NCBI GenBank assembly: GCA_937891245.1
Contig: CALAGB010000229.1
Span: forward strand, 1 to 36,424
Source: an uncultured Thermomicrobiales bacterium
GTDB lineage: Bacteria; Chloroflexota; Chloroflexia; Thermomicrobiales; Thermomicrobiaceae
Length of the DNA stretch: 36,424 nt
Direction: 5' to 3'
Shown here: piece by piece, positions 34,037 to 36,424 of the stretch
Layout of the letters: each line of letters opens with the position of its first letter
Numbering within the stretch: position 1 is the stretch's first letter
The notes under the pieces: generated by a model
Told to the model about the DNA's origin: nothing
The model's database searches: none
Seen by the model: the letters and a program-made list of their open reading frames with translations, nothing else
Made by a program: the position numbers and the translations under genes

Positions 34037-34050
34037 CCGCTCACTCCTTC

Positions 34051-34085
34051 GGCCCGCTCAGGCTTCGGCTCGGGCGGGCCTTTTC
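34051..34085 (+). terminator. Rho-independent terminator of the rightward three-gene operon
   Basis: The hairpin is GGCCCGC-16 nt-GCGGGCC followed by ttttc, 15 nt after the stop at 34036. Confidence 0.55.
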
Positions 34086-34126
34086 ATGCCCCGCGTCCCC
34101 CGCCACAGTGCCGCTACATGCGCTAC

Positions 34127-34152
34127 ACCTTGTGGAATTATTTCCACAAGGT
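34127..34152. other. Perfect 11-bp hairpin/palindrome
   Basis: The sequence is ACCTTGTGGAA-ttat-TTCCACAAGGT. Confidence 0.5.
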
Positions 34153-34218
34153 TGGAAGCACGCCCCCCATGCGCGTATGGGTGCTATAACCCGTGACAAT
34201 GTAACGGAATATGAAGAG

Positions 34219-34340
34219 CCTGACACCCCCCGCGCGCGCGGGAAGCGCTCAACTGCGGACATGTCCGCAGTTGAAAGATCCTGACACCCCCGCGCGCGGG
34301 AGCGGGCCAATACTGCGACATTTTGCGACATGTTCGGACA
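34219..34340. repeat. Cluster of direct repeats, a 24-nt perfect palindrome and iterated GCGACAT-type motifs in a non-coding block
   Basis: DR1 is cctgacaccccccgcgcgcgcggga (34219-34243) and DR2 is cctgacacccccgcgcgcgggag (34280-34302). They flank the palindrome CAACTGCGGACATGTCCGCAGTTG (34250-34273). The motifs ctGCGACATttt, tGCGACATgt and tCGGACAag follow at 34313-34340. Confidence 0.55.
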
Positions 34341-34346
34341 AGGGGA

Positions 34347-34378
34347 AGGCGCCGCCGAAAGGAGCAAGAGCGGCGCCT
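34347..34378 (-). terminator. Hairpin downstream of the tape-measure-like gene (weak terminator candidate)
   Basis: AGGCGCCGC-14 nt-GCGGCGCCT forms a perfect 9-bp stem 76 nt after the stop at 34454. The trailing tract on the minus strand is T-poor. Confidence 0.35.
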
Positions 34379-34453
34379 ATCTGTGGAGAGTACGTAGAGG
34401 CAGTCGAGGAACGCTGAGGGGCGCGAATGGGGGTTGTTAGCGCATCAGTTTCG

Positions 34454-36424
34454 TCATGAGGGCATCGCTCCGAACGGGCTAATCGTCGTGCTGTATTGCT
34501 GCTGTCGGTCCATATCCACCTGGGCCGAGATCACCTGCCCGCCGATATGGACGTTGATCTGCGGGCTGTTGGTTGGCGTCATCCCAACCGCGTTGGAGTA
34601 ATTGGCCGGCGGGTGATAGCCCGCTCCCATGCCGACCACAACCATCTGTTGCCCATTGACGGTGACGATGTGCGCGGTGTTGTTATCGACGTGGTAGTTC
34701 GGATCGAGCGCCGGCGCCTCTCCGTAAGTCGTGCCCGCCGGCGCATAGGGCAGCGGCTCTCCGTTGGCGCCAATTACGTCGCTCAGGCCGGAACTGGCCC
34801 CGCTACCGACGCTGGCCCCGCCACCGCCCGAGCCGCCCGAACCGCCTGAGCCGTTGTGGTTATCGTTGGGGTCGACGTTGACATGGCCACCGGGCACCTT
34901 GTAGCCGAGTCCGTCCTCGAAATCGCCGTACTTGATCTTGACTTCATCGATCTTGTCGCCGAGTGCATCGAGGAGTTGCTCAATAATCCCGATGTTCTTC
35001 TCGATACCGCTCGGATCGGTCCCTTGCAGGAAGGCTGTCGCGAGGTCGACCGTCAGCCCTTGCTCGATCTGTTGCAACTGAGGGATAACGGCGGCGGGCA
35101 GAAGTGCCGCGGCCTGTGCGACCTGCAACGAACCGGTCTCGAGCGACTGAACGATCACGTTTGTCAGCGATGCGCCAGCGTCGTCCATCTGGCCCTCGAT
35201 GGCCCTGATTTGAGCGACGGTCGCGTCATTGACGACCGCGACCGCGTTATCAACCAGTCCGGCCGCTTGCGCCTGGATATAAATCCCTTGCTCAATCTGA
35301 AGCTGTTGGGTCGCGGCTTCGATCTGTTGATTAATGCCGTCCAGAATGGCCTGCGAGGCGCCGGACGCAATCGCGACCGAACGCTCGGTCGTAAGGTCCG
35401 CGATCGTCTGTTGCAGATCAGGAATCGCGGTCCCCTTCAGGATCTGATCGAACTGACGGTAGGCGTCCTGTTCTGCCTGGCCGAACGCATCGGCAAAGCG
35501 TTGTGCGGCATCACCGCTCGTGATTTGGGCGATCGAGCTATTGATGGCATCCGCGACCGTCGTCCCGTTGAACTCTGCCCAGCGCTGAATCAAGGACGTG
35601 ATGTCGTCAAACTGCCCCTGTAATTTCGCGATCTGGTCCGGGTCCGCGCCGGAGAGTTTCGCAAGGTCGAGTTGCTTGGCGATGTCGTCCTGTGTCGCCA
35701 GCAAATCCGGTAGGAGGTTCGCGGTAAGCCGCGGCACCATCGTGTCACTCGACAGCTCCGCCACCATGCCGTCAACCATCGCTTGAGCGATCTGCTTGCC
35801 GTCGCTCGTGGCCGCGTCGATCACGGCCTGTGTCGGGGCCAGTCCATCACCAAGGCTGCGGAGAATCTGCTGCGTCTGGTCGGCGGTGAAAATCTCGGTG
35901 CCTTTGGGGACCAGCGCCAGGCCCGGCGCACCACCGTTGGCAATCCCGACCGTGCCGCCGCTGGCGAAGGCGCCGGCGTAGGGGAACACCATCAACTCGG
36001 GGCCAAGCTCGTTGACCATCGCGACATGGGTCGTGTGGGCCGATGAGAGACCGGACGCATGATTAACCGACGGGTTCCCGGCAATCTGCACCGGCAGGTA
36101 GATCGGTGCGCTGGCCACTGCTCGAATGCGTTCAATCTCGGCAATGGCGGCGGCATCCGCGATCTGGATCTCGATCGGCGGCGGCGACTGCAAGTTATTG
36201 AGTTTGGTCGTGAGGTCTTCGATGGCCGGGACCAAATCATCATGGACGACATCAGCGACTGATTGCATCGCACCAGCCATCGGGTCGCCGCCGAGCCGTG
36301 CCGCTTCGGCTTGCGCATCCTGCACGCCTTTGACCGCCTGTTCATACTGCGGTCCGGAGTTGATACCGTCTTGAACAAGTTGATTGAGCTTGTCCTGAGC
36401 CATCATCAACTCGCCCTTGGCGCC
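34454..36424 (-). CDS. Phage tail tape-measure-like protein (N-terminus outside window)
   Basis: The frame is open to the window edge (GAKGEL precedes the listed start). Long Gln/Ala-rich helical repeats surround a block VNELGPELMVFP...GTEIFTADQT, which is typical of tape-measure proteins. A Gly/Ser-rich linker and a C-terminal globular part follow. Confidence 0.55.
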   Translation of the reverse strand, partial: GAKGELMMAQDKLNQLVQDGINSGPQYEQAVKGVQDAQAEAARLGGDPMAGAMQSVADVVHDDLVPAIEDLTTKLNNLQSPPPIEIQIADAAAIAEIERIRAVASAPIYLPVQIAGNPSVNHASGLSSAHTTHVAMVNELGPELMVFPYAGAFASGGTVGIANGGAPGLALVPKGTEIFTADQTQQILRSLGDGLAPTQAVIDAATSDGKQIAQAMVDGMVAELSSDTMVPRLTANLLPDLLATQDDIAKQLDLAKLSGADPDQIAKLQGQFDDITSLIQRWAEFNGTTVADAINSSIAQITSGDAAQRFADAFGQAEQDAYRQFDQILKGTAIPDLQQTIADLTTERSVAIASGASQAILDGINQQIEAATQQLQIEQGIYIQAQAAGLVDNAVAVVNDATVAQIRAIEGQMDDAGASLTNVIVQSLETGSLQVAQAAALLPAAVIPQLQQIEQGLTVDLATAFLQGTDPSGIEKNIGIIEQLLDALGDKIDEVKIKYGDFEDGLGYKVPGGHVNVDPNDNHNGSGGSGGSGGGGASVGSGASSGLSDVIGANGEPLPYAPAGTTYGEAPALDPNYHVDNNTAHIVTVNGQQMVVVGMGAGYHPPANYSNAVGMTPTNSPQINVHIGGQVISAQVDMDRQQQYSTTISPFGAMPS

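Larger units (their letters stand above)
30020..36424. mobile_element. Left part of an integrated prophage-like element (serine-integrase type), continuing beyond the window
   Basis: The host gene is truncated at the left boundary, which is known only to about +/-20 nt. The element carries a large serine recombinase, an excisionase-type HTH, divergent small genes of unknown function and a tape-measure-like gene. Its right end is not in the window. Confidence 0.7.

Noticed and set aside
1-36424. CRISPR arrays, rRNA genes, IS transposases
   Set aside because: There are no regularly spaced repeats of about 25-40 nt with unique spacers, no rRNA-like conserved segments and no DDE or IS-type transposase ORFs. 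The only recombinase is the serine integrase.

Overview
GC-rich bacterial chromosomal window with strong GC3 bias. The repeat families and the Thr/Ala/Pro-rich lipoprotein linkers suggest a Chloroflexota (Thermomicrobia-like) genome, but that is inference only. I support about 35 coding regions. No rRNA, tRNA or CRISPR array was seen. Nt 1-29,700 hold ordinary chromosomal genes. These are htrA, a DUF1684 gene, a decayed ECF sigma gene, a split ThDP decarboxylase plus cyclase, a YafY/WYL regulator facing a two-gene cassette of unknown function, an orphan family-5 solute-binding lipoprotein, an XRE-cupin regulator, two DHA2 MFS pumps around a TetR gene, an ECF sigma/anti-sigma/permease-like/ABC ATPase operon, GNAT, M20 peptidase, GntR, alpha/beta hydrolase, a VOC protein, dapB-dapA, an APC permease, a shortened MOSC gene and a lipoprotein. 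At about nt 30,020 an amidohydrolase gene is cut off by an integrated prophage-like element that runs past the window end. This element carries a large serine recombinase, two ATPase-less FtsH-type (M41-like) HEAGH peptidases, a small excisionase-type HTH protein, a SWIM-like Cys protein, a repeat- and palindrome-rich non-coding block and a tape-measure-like gene. The best candidates for something undescribed are the HTH-peptidase-integrase module of this element, which resembles ImmR/ImmA/Int but uses FtsH-like peptidases, and the WYL-regulated two-gene cassette at 5.9-7.7 kb. Two families of intergenic palindromic repeats sit at convergent gene junctions. All functional calls come from motif recognition by eye. 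No database search was run.
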